NCBI GenBank assembly: GCA_001244265.2
Contig: CDLV01000006.1
Coordinates: 62,001 to 126,000 of the forward strand
Source: Microbotryum violaceum
Taxonomy: Eukaryota
Direction: 5' to 3'
Length of the DNA: 64,000 bases
Notes under the pieces: generated by a model
Seen by the model: the letters and a program-made list of their open reading frames with translations, nothing else
What the model was told of the DNA's origin: nothing
The model's database searches: none
Position numbers and translations under genes: made by a program
Shown here: in pieces, positions 34,431-64,000 of the stretch
Layout of the letters: each line of letters opens with the position of its first letter
Numbering within the stretch: the first letter of the stretch is position 1

Positions 34431-34654
34431 CCTGTTAGGCTGTTACCATAGGATTAGGGTACATGCTACTCACTGATGTTAAGGGCACCGTGAAATTCCT
34501 TTGATCCGATCAGTAAGATCGGTCCACTTGGTGAAGAAAAGATAATTTTTTTACACCAGTGGGAACCCGTTAAATTAACGGGAGTATGAAAATTAAATAG
34601 CAGAATCGTGATCTCAGTTGAGGTAAAACACACAATACAAAGGACAGTTCAAAA

Positions 34655-37600
34655 CTATTCCCCATTCATTGCTCTGAGAACAGAGCGGAATACTGGGTTT
34701 GGGGTCGCGGTGGCTGCGGCTGCCGCTCGATCAACGGCTTGTAGGTCGTCGTCATCATTGGCGGGGTCGCGAGAGGGCAGTAGCACCTTGATTTGATCAA
34801 CACTCATGGCTCAAGACAATGCCACATACAGCTGCCCATAAGTGAAGACGGGATGTAGGGAGAGATCGACGCCAACACAATCGAGTGATTGACCTTGGGC
34901 TTTGTTGATCGTCATGGCCAAGGCAACGCGAAGCGGGAATTGGAGCCGGCGCATAGTGAAACCAAGTTGGCGACTGCCAGTCGCGTTTGTCTCAAGTCGC
35001 ACGCAAGGGATGAAGACCGTGGTGCCCGCTCAATCTCTGGTCAAGATGATGGCTTGAATGACTCTCAATCTTGCATGCGACACGATCAGGCGGGTACCAT
35101 TGCAGAGGCCCGCGTCTGGGTTCAAATTGCGAAGAAGAACGACGGGGATCCCTTCCTTGAGATGCAAGTGATGCGCGGGGAAGTTGGATGGGTTGAATGA
35201 ATGTAGATACTCTGGCGAAATCAGTTCCGGCGCCATTCCACCCCCAGTTTCGCCTGCCTCAACAACCTCGTCTGCGCTGCGATACTCGATGTAGTCGCCA
35301 TTGAACTCTTCCAGCAGCTTGGCATTGATGCGATCGACCATTGCATTATGCGGAGCTAGAATTGCCTGATGTGAGAACAGCTGAATCAGGTCTTCGACGG
35401 GCTCCTTGTTCACGGTCCTTAAACCGGGGTAGACAAAGTTGATCAACCCTTTGGCCGTTCTTTGACCGCCCGGAAGCAGCAGGTAATCAGGCAGCTGCGA
35501 AACGGATAGAAGGGGTCTTAGTGTCGGTTGGTTGGGTAAAAGAGGGGAGCCAAACGTACTGCAATCTTGTCGTATGGGTGCATGTTGGCAGTTCCATCTC
35601 CCACGGTGAGTAGCCATTCCGCAAAGTTGCGCGTTCGAGCCAATTGAGCCTCGTCCATCGCATCAGTGTTCAAGCTGAGACGCATGTTCTCGGTAAGTTG
35701 CAAGACACAAATGTCGCGCCAGAAGTCTGCCTTGATGAGGGATGCATCGACAATTTGACCGGGAGTTCCTTTGGGAACAACAGGAAGGCACTGGTGAAAG
35801 TCCCCTACAAATTGGAAACCTCGTTAGCATGCCGCTGTTCAGAGCGGAGGCGGAAGAGCCCAACTGACCCGCAAAGATCATTGTCACCCCGCCGAAGTGC
35901 TCCTCGGTCTCTCGGAGATCACGCAGTAAACGGTTGACAGCTTCCACTGCGAATCGATGCGCCATTGGGGATCCATCCCAAATGATGAGCTTGGTGGTAC
36001 GCAGCATCAGCGCAAGATCACTCTCCCTGTCGACTGGACACGTCGAGGTTGGCAAGGTGTTGAGTGGGATTCAAAAAGTTGAATGCGCCGTGTGTCCTCC
36101 CTTGAGAAGCAACGCCGCTACTCCGGACAACGCCACCGCAATCGCTTGGTTGCCGCGAGCTCGCACAGTATCAAGAAGGGCATTTTCCACAAAAGTCTTG
36201 CCAGTACCCCCAGGTGCTAGCAGGAAAAATACATGCTGCGGCCCAAGGTTGTTGTCGCGCATCTGATCGACAACATCGAGCTTGACCGCGCAAAAACACT
36301 CGTCAAATGCAATTCGTTGGTCGTGGTTCAGACAGGCATGCGCCGCTTCGGCATCTTGCGCGCATTGCTGGCGATCAAACGGGGAAGCCATTCCTCGAGA
36401 CGATCAAACAGCCGCACTTCATCCTCGGTCAGCTCGGGAAGATCAAAGAAGGCCAAAGTTCGATCATTTGCTGCAAGGAGGAGACGAATCTTGTTGAGGG
36501 TCCACAGGCGGATGGTTTGATTGTTGACGGGCACGTCTTCATAGCGTTTGATGTGATAACGGGCATCGTCACTAAGAGAAGCAAAGTGACGATCCAGCAA
36601 AGCTGGTGGGTTGGCAACCGTCGCATGGATGAGCATGAACACGAATAATCGGCGTAGTTGGTCACCGGTTTCAATCTGTGCAGCTTCCCTGAGACAGATG
36701 TGATGCTTGCCATCGTCGGCGAGAAGTCCGCGAGCGGCGCGATAGGAAGGATACACGACGTCTTCGAACATGAGCAGGTCCGCAAACAATGTCGGGCCCA
36801 TGACGACCTCGAGGAGCAGTCTGAGGTAAAAGCGCTCCCCACTACGCAGTGGGACGGTGTAGATTCGTCCAATGACATTGCGATCATGGACTCGGCGTTT
36901 CCAGCGCAACTTCTCCTTATTCCAGGAGTAGTAGCGTGGCACATTCGTGTAGAGCAACGTGGTAGTGAGCTCGCCGTTGGGAGCTGCAGCGCACAGGTCG
37001 AAGAAGCCGGTCAGTTTGGAGCGAGTGGGCAGAGTGTCGAGGGGCAGCGGTTCATTGGGATTGATCTGCACAGATTGTTGATTCTCCAGATGGACCGGTA
37101 GTCGATTGACGGGTGGCCACACTCTACCGACCGAGAATCCGAATAGGCGGTGGACCGCTTCTGGAGCACTGATGTAGCAACCTTCGACGAACTCGTTGAT
37201 CTCATCTCGAACCGGTTCGTCCTCGCGAGCCCCTTCACCGTTCGCTGCACGCTCAACACGCGCCACAGCTCGATCCGGACCTTTGTACACATACTTGAAG
37301 AGGTACTTGATCGCGCCGATCGTTGCCACAGCCTCCACATTGATATGCGCATTGTACTTGGCGCAGAGATAAGGCGAGTACGGCACGCAGTCACCATCGT
37401 TGTAGATAACACCCCCCTTGACAACGGCGTGGCGAAAGCGTCGGCGATACAACGGGTAGCCTTCAGGGTGCATGCGGGTGTGGGGGTTCTGTTCGCGAGG
37501 AAAATGGCGCTTGCACCTCGGATGCCCGTACTTGTCCTTCTCCATGCAGGGCTGAGTCGAGTTTCCGCCACACTTGCCATGCAGCATGTGCTTTGTGACG

Positions 37601-39825
37601 GTCTCGTGGAGATCAGGATAGCGCGAAGGATCGGGTATCTCGGCCGAGATCATCTTGTCGATCGCTTCCGTCGACAAAGGATGATCGTCCGGCGCGAGGG
37701 TGATGAGGATATGGGCATGTGGCAGGCCCCGCTTCTGATACTCAATCACATGTGTATGCGTCAGAACCACACCAAAACAGCCTGCACGTTGCTTGTTGCC
37801 AAAAATGTCGTCGCAGAGTCGGTTCAGCTTGGCTTCAAACACTCGTGCAATGAGATCCGGACGGTTGCATGCTTTGTCGTTCGGCCCCAGTGCAGCCTTA
37901 ATTTCCGGCCATTCGGGGTTGCACGTCACCGCGATGAACAGCGAAGGCTTTCCATATTTGACGACGCAAGCCATCGCATCTTGGTAGCGCTGCGTGATCT
38001 CGCGCGGGCTATTCTTGAACGTCGAGCCCAAAATCACCGAACGTCCAATTTGATCCGGGGTCAGGCCGTTGGCAACAGCGTCGGTGATGCCTTGGGCCGT
38101 GGTGAGGCGCAGACTTTCTTGATGCAACCGGATGTAGTTGAGTCGATCGGTCTCGACTTGGGAGTATCCGTCAATCACGAACTCGAGGAAGAGACGCTGG
38201 ATGGCATGCGGAATGGAGAAGTAGTCGTCGCGTTCGTGCAAGTGATATGCAAAGTATTGGGAACGCGAAACTCGGGTTGATCCACCTCAACCCCTCTGGT
38301 TTGATCTTCGTCCTAGATTTTCGAACAATTTATGTCAGTCTGAGGGTGCGTCTCAACAGAGAGGTATATGAGAATGAGCCGAAGACGCTTAGCTTACGTT
38401 CACCATCACCATTCTCTTCGTCCTCCTCGTCGCCTTCATCCTCTTCGTCCTCCTCTTCGTCTTCTTCATCTGGACCAAGGCCGTCAAGTAGCTCGCGCAA
38501 TTGGACACCATTGTCGATCTGCTCTCGGTTTCTGGCGATGGGCGGCCCAGCTTGGTTGAAACCGCAAAGAGGAATGTTGGGGTGGAAGCCATCTTCCCCC
38601 GCGGGGAAGAGTAGTGGGTACCGGAGAGGCATCGCAGACGGATGGAGCGAGCTAACGATTTGGTACTTGGGCCGACCATCGGGACATCGATCACCGTGCA
38701 CCTGGAGAATAAGGTCTTGCGGTCCACGATCTCCCGTGTTGGTGTCGGAATCGCAGATAAGCATCGCCATTTCCGTGCTTGACGTAGGAAGGTTGTGGGT
38801 GCGTCGGTCTCGGCCTGGTGGTAGGCAGAGGCGCAGGACCCACTCTTTGGCCGTATCCAAACCCGCACGGCCTTTAGCCGAAGCGAACTCCCTCACAAAA
38901 CAATTGCCGGTGCGCAACATGGACTCGAGCTTGGTCAGCGTTGATCTTTGTATGCGAGTCTCTGCGCTGTCGGGTCCTTGAAGTCGTGTGTTGGCGGCCT
39001 CGGCCGGGTCGATCAGCGATGTCTGGGCAAAGGCTGGGCGTTGATTCACGGCAAGGATCAGGGCACCGAGTCGATGATAGAGGCGACCGAACACGCGAAA
39101 CACGGGAGGTCCTAGAGTGTCCACTTGAGTTTGGTCCCAGCAGTGGGCAGCGAGCGAAGTAAAGGACAGTGCGTTATTGTAAGACCGGGCATTCTCGCGA
39201 AATGCTTTAGCGTCTGTGTAGGTGCATCACACAGTTCAGCATGTGGGCCATACTGCAGAGAGATGTTGTTGGACGGAGCAACTGACCGCTATCCGAGCCT
39301 TCAAGAAGCTGCCGATACTCGAGATTGGGCTGGGGAGGGGGAGGTAGCCGCACCTTGCCCTGCGAGCAGCACGCGCCGAAGTGTCTGGTCGACTTGGACC
39401 TTTCGCACTCCCAGTGCCGAGCCTTGCAGTGGGTGCACACGGCCGTCTGCGGGCCGAGGTCGTCGCGGATCGAAACGTGGGGCTTGAGGGGTTTGAGCGC
39501 GATTCGAGCCCGGCGCACTCGCCTTTGCGGAGGAGGTGGTGGTGGGGCGAGCCCAGCGTCGAGTTGGCCATCGCGCTGACCACGCTGTCCGTTCTGCACA
39601 GCTGCACGGCGGGCTCGTATACGTGTCGCAATGCCAAGATCGGTTGAATTGTTGTCATGACGCGCGGGGGCTGATTCTGTTGATCGGCGCGGGACGAAGA
39701 GGAGGGTCGAGCCGCGGGCGCCCAGCAGCGGGCGCTCGAGCAGGCCCATGATACGGCGCTACCCTCGCGCCCAAGACTTGGCGAGGTTGCGATGGCCCTC
39801 CCTGGCGACCTTGAGACCGGAGCAT
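34655..39825 (-). pseudogene. Helitron Rep/PIF1-helicase (RepHel) gene with introns, stops and frameshifts
   Basis: CTHCKARHW..CCSQGKV, EYQKRGLPHAHIL, KYLFKYVYKG, APGGTGKTF, GLCNGTRLIV and [28 protein letters not shown]. Confidence 0.93.
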
Positions 39826-39935
39826 AGTAGCGAGGGTTTGTTCTTGAATGAGTGTCACTAAAATTGGATGAGAGTAGGAGGGAGAAAGCAAAGGGTCGAG
39901 GGAGTGGCGCAGGATTATTTACGTGGTTTGTTTTG

Positions 39936-40059
39936 TTGTTCAGCCCCTAATGCCGCTGGTCGAATGCCATACGGGCAAATTGGTTGTTCAGCCCCTAATG
40001 CCGCTGGTCGAATGCCATACGGGCAAATTGGTTGTTCAGCCCCTAATGCCGCTGGTCGA
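39936..40059. repeat. 48-bp tandem repeat, about 2.6 copies, upstream of RepHel
   Basis: TTGTTCAGCCCCTAATGCCGCTGGTCGAATGCCATACGGGCAAATTGG at 39936, 39984 and partially at 40032. Confidence 0.95.
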
Positions 40060-42232
40060 CTGCCGAAATGACACTCCACCGCCGGCGCACCGCATCACGT
40101 GACAGACGCCAGCCCTCGCCTCGCACGTCAGGCAGAGCTCTGCTGTAGAAGCAATATCATGTTAAAGCCACGCGCTTGCGGTTCATTAAATGCAATATGA
40201 GTGGAAGCATTGTTTTATGTGAGCGAAAAAAAGAAGGAAAATACTGGGAGCGCTGTAGCTTCGTTGGAACGGCGCGGAAAATACAAAAGTCACCACAGCG
40301 CTTGTACATGACTTCTGATCGGAACATGGACACCACAGGCAGGTGCGGCAGACACAACAGTATGCTGGTGCATCCACCACAGGCGGCCCGGAGGGCCGCA
40401 ACCTAGTTAAAAACAGCGATTTTAGGTACATTCCTTAACTCACACTTTTTTTCTACTAGTTAGGGTAATAATGTACGCCGGACCATTGTTCATCAGATTA
40501 TTGGCGGATTCTTGCTGCCTATTTTAGATCGTTGACGCTCAACCTCCCCACTGCGGTCTTCCGAAAGGAGGCCGCTGCCTTGATCAGACTAATATTGAGC
40601 GCAAAAATAACGAATATGGAGTACAGGCTATTTTACGATACAGTTTGAAATATTGTGATGCATCTTCTCACACTACTCTGAGCTCGAACGACCTTTTCTT
40701 GAACCTGCCCCCGTTTGCTTTTCGGCTGGGAGCGATGGGCAGCGCGGCCTTCTCAACCACCGTTGATTCTGCCTGCACCCTGCACCTTGTGCCTTGCGCC
40801 TTGCACCTACGCACCTCATACCTCCTCCGATGACGGTCAAAACACGGCTACGACTGCCTCGGTGACGCTTTAGAGGTCGTTCCAGACGCCCTTCTCTCTC
40901 GGGAGACGAGCCTGAGCAGCGCGCTGGTTTCCCTCGTCGGCAAGATCGATGGCAAGTCGCTTCCTCCTTCGCAGCCCACAACTGCTCCGGGACGATTTGC
41001 CGAGCAAACCCTACCTGACCACCCTCTACGCCGTCCCTCACTGTGCTGCACTCAGTCGCCATCATCGACGGCGCTACCGTGCTCGCACGTCAGCGCAAAG
41101 CTGCAAAGGACCGCGTGCAACACAATATGGGACTGACGAGCGTGTAATCCAACCGTGGAGAGAAGACAACGGTTGGTGCGCATCGATCGCATCGCCAGGC
41201 TTCACTAAACAAACGCGCACTTCTAATCAAATAACCGATAGCCGCCTTCCTGCTAATCCTCATTCACAACACACCAACTAGTCAGAGTAAGAGAGTAAAG
41301 AGTAATGCACCGCTCTCCACACTGTGCGAGAACATAGTCTCAAATCCTATGGTTTAGTTTCGCATTTTTGGGCACGGAATCTTTCCCTGGCGTGTAGGGG
41401 GTCGAGGCTTGTTCCCGTGGAGAGGTATAAGGGTATCCGGCACTTTACCGCCCGGTTGGCAAATCAAAATACCGGTGAGCTTCAGAGCTTGGCCATCTGC
41501 GGAGCTCTTACAGTTTGAAATACTCTTCGCCCCGAGAGCCAAAGTTGAAGTGCCGAACACCTTGGTTAGTAAGCAGTAGTAGATCTTTCAGCTTCTAGCG
41601 CAGGTTTTGTACAACCACGTTTGGAGGACGGTGATGGGCTTCTTTTCCGTTTTTCCCAAGCGCTAGCACCCACCGTTTTTGTTCAAAAATTTCACTGGTT
41701 CGAATTGGTTCTTCAGTTTTGGTGAACTGAGTTAGATAAGCATGTCGAAGATTGGCAACAGAGACCGGTCCCTAGGTAGGCACGATGCACGGCAACTAGC
41801 CATCCCGACCCGGCGAGCTCAGTGAGCTAGGCCAGCTTGCGCGGAACATACGGGAGGACGGTCGTAGCGGGAGGTATAAGCGGGCGCCATCGGGCTGGGC
41901 GCCCGACTCCCTCCGGCTTCCTCAGCTTCCGCCCGCGCTTGCTGCTTCTCGCTTCCTCACAGTGGTCTCGGTCAACCGCAACCGATTTCTTGCGTACGGA
42001 CAACCGGACAACAAAAATACCAATCAGCCCGACCAAGTGCGTGTACCACACTGAAGATGCTCGTTCCGGTTGTTGCAGACGCAAAGGACCCTGCTCACAC
42101 TGACACTTGACACGCGACATTTCCCCCACTCGCAGACATCTCAAGACATCCCGAGCCCGCGATCGGACCACTTCGTTTTCACCGCCTGTTTCTTCCTGCC
42201 ACTGCTTGCAAACGTATTGAACTTCGAGCATC

Positions 42233-44118
42233 ATGTCATCGACCATTTCATCTCCCCAGCCTGTCGTGGCCAAGAGGAAGACGTCCCTGGGAGTGCATTT
42301 GTTAGCCGGAGGTGGAGCCGGTCTCTCCGAGGCTTTGGCGTGTCGTGAGTCCTTGGCCTGCGCTCACGTGCCCGCCTGCCGCCTGCTCGGATCTGGAACA
42401 CTGAGAGGGCGACATCAACGTTCTATCTCGCATTCGACAACGCTCAGACTGGCTTGATACCATCAAGTATGTTTGTGTGTTTCTCTAGGCGCGGTCCCGG
42501 ACAGCGCATGCGCCCCGGCGGTCCGGCCCCCAAAGAATGACGCTGACCGTTGAAATACGATGTATCAGGGTGCGGATGCAACTATCGCGGAGTTCAAGGG
42601 GAAAAGGTGTAGGTTTTTTGCTTCCTCTTTCTGCTGTACTGTTCCTTGACTCGGGCTCTGCGAGTTGCAAGATCCGATGTCGGTGACAGCGGAACACTGG
42701 TCGTGCCATGCTTGTGCCGGCCTGATGTGACTGAATGCTGACCTACTTGGCGAGGCGCTCATGATGCAGGTCAAGGCCAGGGGTTTCATCGCAACAGGAA
42801 TGCACATCGTCAAAAAAGAATCTCCGCTTGGGCTCTACAAAGGACTCGGCGCTGTGGTGACTGGTATCGTACCAAAAATGGCCATCCGTTTCGCCTCCTT
42901 CGAGATGTACAAGGATTTATTGAAGAACAAAGAAACTGGGAAAGTCAGTAGCCCCGCCATCTTCATGGGTGAGTGGGCCGCACCGGTAATCGGATTGGCA
43001 CGCCACCATACATGAGAAAGCGGGCTGACAAAGGGACGTGGTCTCTGACGTCGCGCGCAGCCGGTCTTGGCGCGGGTGTAACAGAGGCGGTCATGGTCGT
43101 CTGCCCGATGGAAGTAGTGAAGATTCGCCTGCAGGCGCAGGTGCACTCGATGACGGACCCCCTCGATGTCCCCAAATACCGCAACGCAGCGCATGCGCTC
43201 TTCGTCATCCTGCGAGAAGAAGGCCCGAAGACCCTATACCGGGGCGTGGCGCTCACCGCTCTTCGCCAATCCACGAACCAGGTTCGTGTAACGGGCAAAC
43301 TTATGCTCACTTGAGATTGTTCATGTGATTCATGCGGTCCATCGTTTCTATGCAGGCGGCCAACTTCACTGCTTATACGGAGCTCAAAAAGGCGCTGCAG
43401 GCGTACCAGCCTCAGTATCCGGACGGTGGTCTGCCGGCGTGGCAGACCTCGATTATTGGACTCATCTCGGGAGCCATGGGCCCATTCACCAATGCTCCGA
43501 TTGATACGATCAAGTGAGTAAAAGACAAAGAGAGATGGATGGGCCGCTCGTTGCTCCAGTCAATCTGACAGTTGTGCTTTAGGACCCGTATCCAACGCGC
43601 AACCGCACTGGCCGGTGAGAATGGTTGGACCCGTTTTACCAAAGTGGCTGGCCAAATGTTCAAAGAAGAAGGTAGGGTCCATGACGAGGCGCGACCACTT
43701 GGCTGAAGCTTGGCAATGAACACATTTCCTTTTGCCCGTCCCAGGTCCATCTGCCTTCTATAAGGTGAGTCACAGGGCGAGCACACCTGACTGTGCCTCG
43801 GCGCTGACATCTTGTGCATTGCCTTGTGAAGGGAATCACCCCGCGTGTGGCACGTGTGGCTCCGGGCCAAGCCGTCGTTTTCACTGTCTACGAAAAGGTG
43901 GGTCACAGAACGAGTTCTTCCCCCTGCATCAGAGCTAACTCTTTTATTCCCCCATTGCGCGTTTATTGCAGATCAAAAGAATGGCAAGTTGTTTGCTCAA
44001 TCACGATGGCGGGTAATGACGAGTCAGCCACTCACCCTCTGCTCTACTCCACGTTGCGGCAATCTTGCCTACACAGATCGAGAAGCCTTCCGAAGAGAAT
44101 GCGGCTTATTCCGAATGA
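42233..44118 (+). CDS. SFC1: Mitochondrial succinate/fumarate carrier (SLC25 family), 11 predicted exons including 19-, 20- and 12-nt microexons
   Basis: HLLAGGGAGLSEALAC, LDTIKVRMQLS, GLYKGLGAVVTGIVPKMAIRF, CPMEVVKIRLQAQ, PKYRNAAHA, NAPIDTIKTR and GITPRVARVAPGQAVVFTVYE. Consistent splice sites; TGA at 44116-44118. Confidence 0.92.
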
Positions 44119-44148
44119 GCTCCGTCCAGGGCCTGTATTTTATTCATA

Positions 44149-45587
44149 CCAGTGGGAACCCGTTAAATTAACGGGAGGATGAAATTCAAAAAATAGCAGG
44201 ATAATCGAATAGTCTACATGATATCAGCGCAGAGGTTAAGGAAACACCATACGAAGTGCAGCAAAGAAACAAAATCCATTCATCTTACATTCATCGCCGA
44301 AACAGCATGTCGCTTGTCGCCGGACTTGGCTTCAAATACTCGTGCAATGAGATCCGGACGGTGCATGCTTTATCGGCCCCAGTGCAGCCTTGATTTCCGG
44401 TGAGTCGGGGTCGTACGTCATCGCGATGAGCAGCGGAGGCTTTCCATGTTTGACAACGCACGCCATCGCATCCTGGTATCGCTGCGTGATGTCGCGATTT
44501 GGTTCGGGGTCAAGCCGTTGATGCCTTGGGTCGTGGTGAGGCGTAGGTTCTCTTGATGCAACCGGATGTGTTGAGTCAATCGGCTCTGACTTGGGAGTAC
44601 ATTCGTAAATCACAAACTCCAGGAAGGGACGTTGGTTGCAATGCGGGATTGAGAAGCACTCGTCGTCTTAGTGCGCAAAGAATTGTGAACGCGAGACTCG
44701 CCACCTCGACCCCTTTACTTGACCTTCGTCCTAGGTGTTCAAAAGTTCAATGTCAGTCTGTGCTTGCGCCTTAGACAGAATGGAACCTCAGAGAAAGAGC
44801 CGAAGACGCGTACGTTCGCCATCACCATCCTCTTCGTCCCCTTCCTCGCCGTCTTCATCCTCATTGTCGCGGTCTTCGTCCTCCTGTTCGTCTTCGTCAT
44901 CCAGATTGAGACCGGCAAGTACCTCGCGCAATTTGACACCATTGTCGATCTGCTCTCGGTTTCTGGCGATTGGCGGCCCGGCTTGGTGGAACCCGCAAAG
45001 AGGAATGTCGGGGTGGAAGCCATCTTCCCCTGCAAGGAAAAGTAGTGGGTAACGGAGAGGCATCGCGGACGGATGGAGCGAGCTAACGACTTGGTACTTA
45101 AGCCGACCATCGGGACATCTGTCAAGGATAGCTGATTTCACCGTCCTCATCCGATTACAACATCTAAGTTGGTTCTTGGGATTAAGCCCAACGTGCCTCC
45201 ATTTGGCCCGTTGGTATCTCAATCTCCCAGCTCTAATTGTCTCCTTAGTTCCTCTATTATTGCAGCGCTTTACTAGTTAGCCTTCCGCGAGTCTGTCCCA
45301 TAGTCTCTGGCCACTCTGTTCTCGTCCCTGTTCATTGGACTGAGTCGTGGTCATCATCAGGTCAGCTCCTTTGGAATCCTACACTCTGTTCTCGTCCCTG
45401 TTCGTTGGACTGTCGTGGTCATCATCAGATTTCACTAGAGAACAAACCATGAAAACATCGATCACCGTGCACCTGGAGAATAAGGTCTTGCGGTCCACGA
45501 TCTCCCGTGTTGGTGTCGGAATCGCAGATAAGCATCGCCATTTCCGTGCTTGACGTAGAAAGGTTGTGGGTGCGTCGGTCTCGGCCG
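44149..45587 (-). mobile_element. Helitron 3: deleted derivative of the Helitron 2 family
   Basis: Same 3' hairpin and CTGG|T end at 44149; internal sequence matches ~37820-38815. Interrupted by a solo LTR and cut off by gypsy A. Confidence 0.88.
45120..45454. repeat. 335-bp solo-LTR-like insertion in Helitron 3, TSD ACATC
   Basis: The empty site gggacatcgatcacc is seen in Helitron 2 (~38681). The insert runs TGTCAAGG...CCATGAAA and contains a ~48-bp internal direct repeat. Confidence 0.8.
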
Positions 45588-48151
<2,564 letters not shown>

Positions 48152-48227
48152 ACTATTAGTATTCTTGCTGTTGTTCATCTGTAGCTATGGCAGTGAAGAC
48201 TCACATTTTGTGTCCTAACTAACGACC

Positions 48228-48597
<370 letters not shown>

Positions 48598-48612
48598 TCA
48601 CCCCCGGGTTTA

Positions 48613-54621
<6,009 letters not shown>

Positions 54622-54634
54622 TCAAAGGTTTTTA

Positions 54635-63593
<8,959 letters not shown>

Positions 63594-63867
63594 TCAACCG
63601 AACAAAGTCAATCCTTCCGCTGTGTCACTGACGTCCAATGTCTTCTTTTCGTATCAGTTTGTCCGTCATATCTAAGACTGCACAGCCATGTCAAGGGATA
63701 ACTCACGCATGCAATGTCACCAGCCGATGGTGAAGAAAAACGACTCGAGGTTGACATTCAAAGAAGACGTGTTGAAGGGAACGTCTCCCGTTCTCTGACG
63801 TTCTTTGACGTCGACGTGGTGGACAAGCGAAACAGTCTCCTTCGGAACAGAGAGTCACGTGCTATTG

Positions 63868-64000
63868 AATGGAACCTCGGCGAAGGTAGACGAAGCGGTG
63901 TCGCCGATGCGGAATCAGCGCTAGCTAGTTCTGGGGACGCGCTAGACCGAGAGCTGTCTATGATGTCATGCCACGTGGTTTGTCTCTTGTTCCTTAGTCA
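63868..64000 (-). repeat. Segment homologous to the 5' terminal region of Helitron 1 (runs off the window)
   Basis: aatggaacct..gcgaaggtagac..ccacgtggtttgtct matches 33461-33590. Confidence 0.7.

Larger units (their letters stand above)
34556..40060 (-). mobile_element. Helitron 2, near full length (5' boundary not resolved)
   Basis: 3' hairpin CCCGTTAA-T-TTAACGGG (34566-34582) followed by CTGG|T at 34556; contains the RepHel gene. Confidence 0.9.

Noticed and set aside
37150-38280. Long plus-strand ORF (376 aa), and likewise 58127..59107 (-)
   Set aside because: Antisense shadows of the Helitron Rep and copia RT coding frames.
39936-40059. 48-bp repeats as a CRISPR array or repeat protein
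   Set aside because: Head-to-tail identical units without spacers; the small ORF over them has no support.
40060-40530. Exact 5' TC end of Helitron 2 (e.g. A|TCTAAAA near 40527)
   Set aside because: Several candidate sites and no second copy in the window to fix the boundary.
40640-41830. Possible solo LTR or gene relic upstream of SFC1
   Set aside because: No matching TG..CA ends with a TSD, no second copy in the window and no identifiable domain.

Overview
This is eukaryotic, intron-containing DNA that looks like a basidiomycete fungus (Microbotryum-like is my inference). It is a dense transposable-element nest with two recognisable host genes: a pinin/SDK-domain gene (46-1207, -) and a multi-exon mitochondrial succinate/fumarate carrier, SFC1/ACR1-like (42233-44118, +). 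Resolved elements: (1) an 11.7-kb element with 31-bp TIRs and a perfect 8-bp TSD (1452-13166), holding a divergent CACTA/Tnp2-type transposase relic, a truncated copia and a 3.5-kb long-inverted-repeat module with Ulp1-like protease and PHD-like motifs; (2) a GGCC-ended MITE-like element; (3) a near-complete CACTG element (3-bp TSD) nested in the last codons of a related, deleted CACTG element; (4) a hAT-like MITE; (5) three Helitron copies and a LINE fragment; (6) two solo LTRs; (7) a truncated chromovirus; (8) a full-length chromovirus with a Tf1-type self-priming signature that hosts two full-length copia elements, one with non-canonical TG...TA LTR ends. Repeat copies differ mostly by CpG transitions. 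All calls come from motif reading and by-eye alignment; no database search was run.
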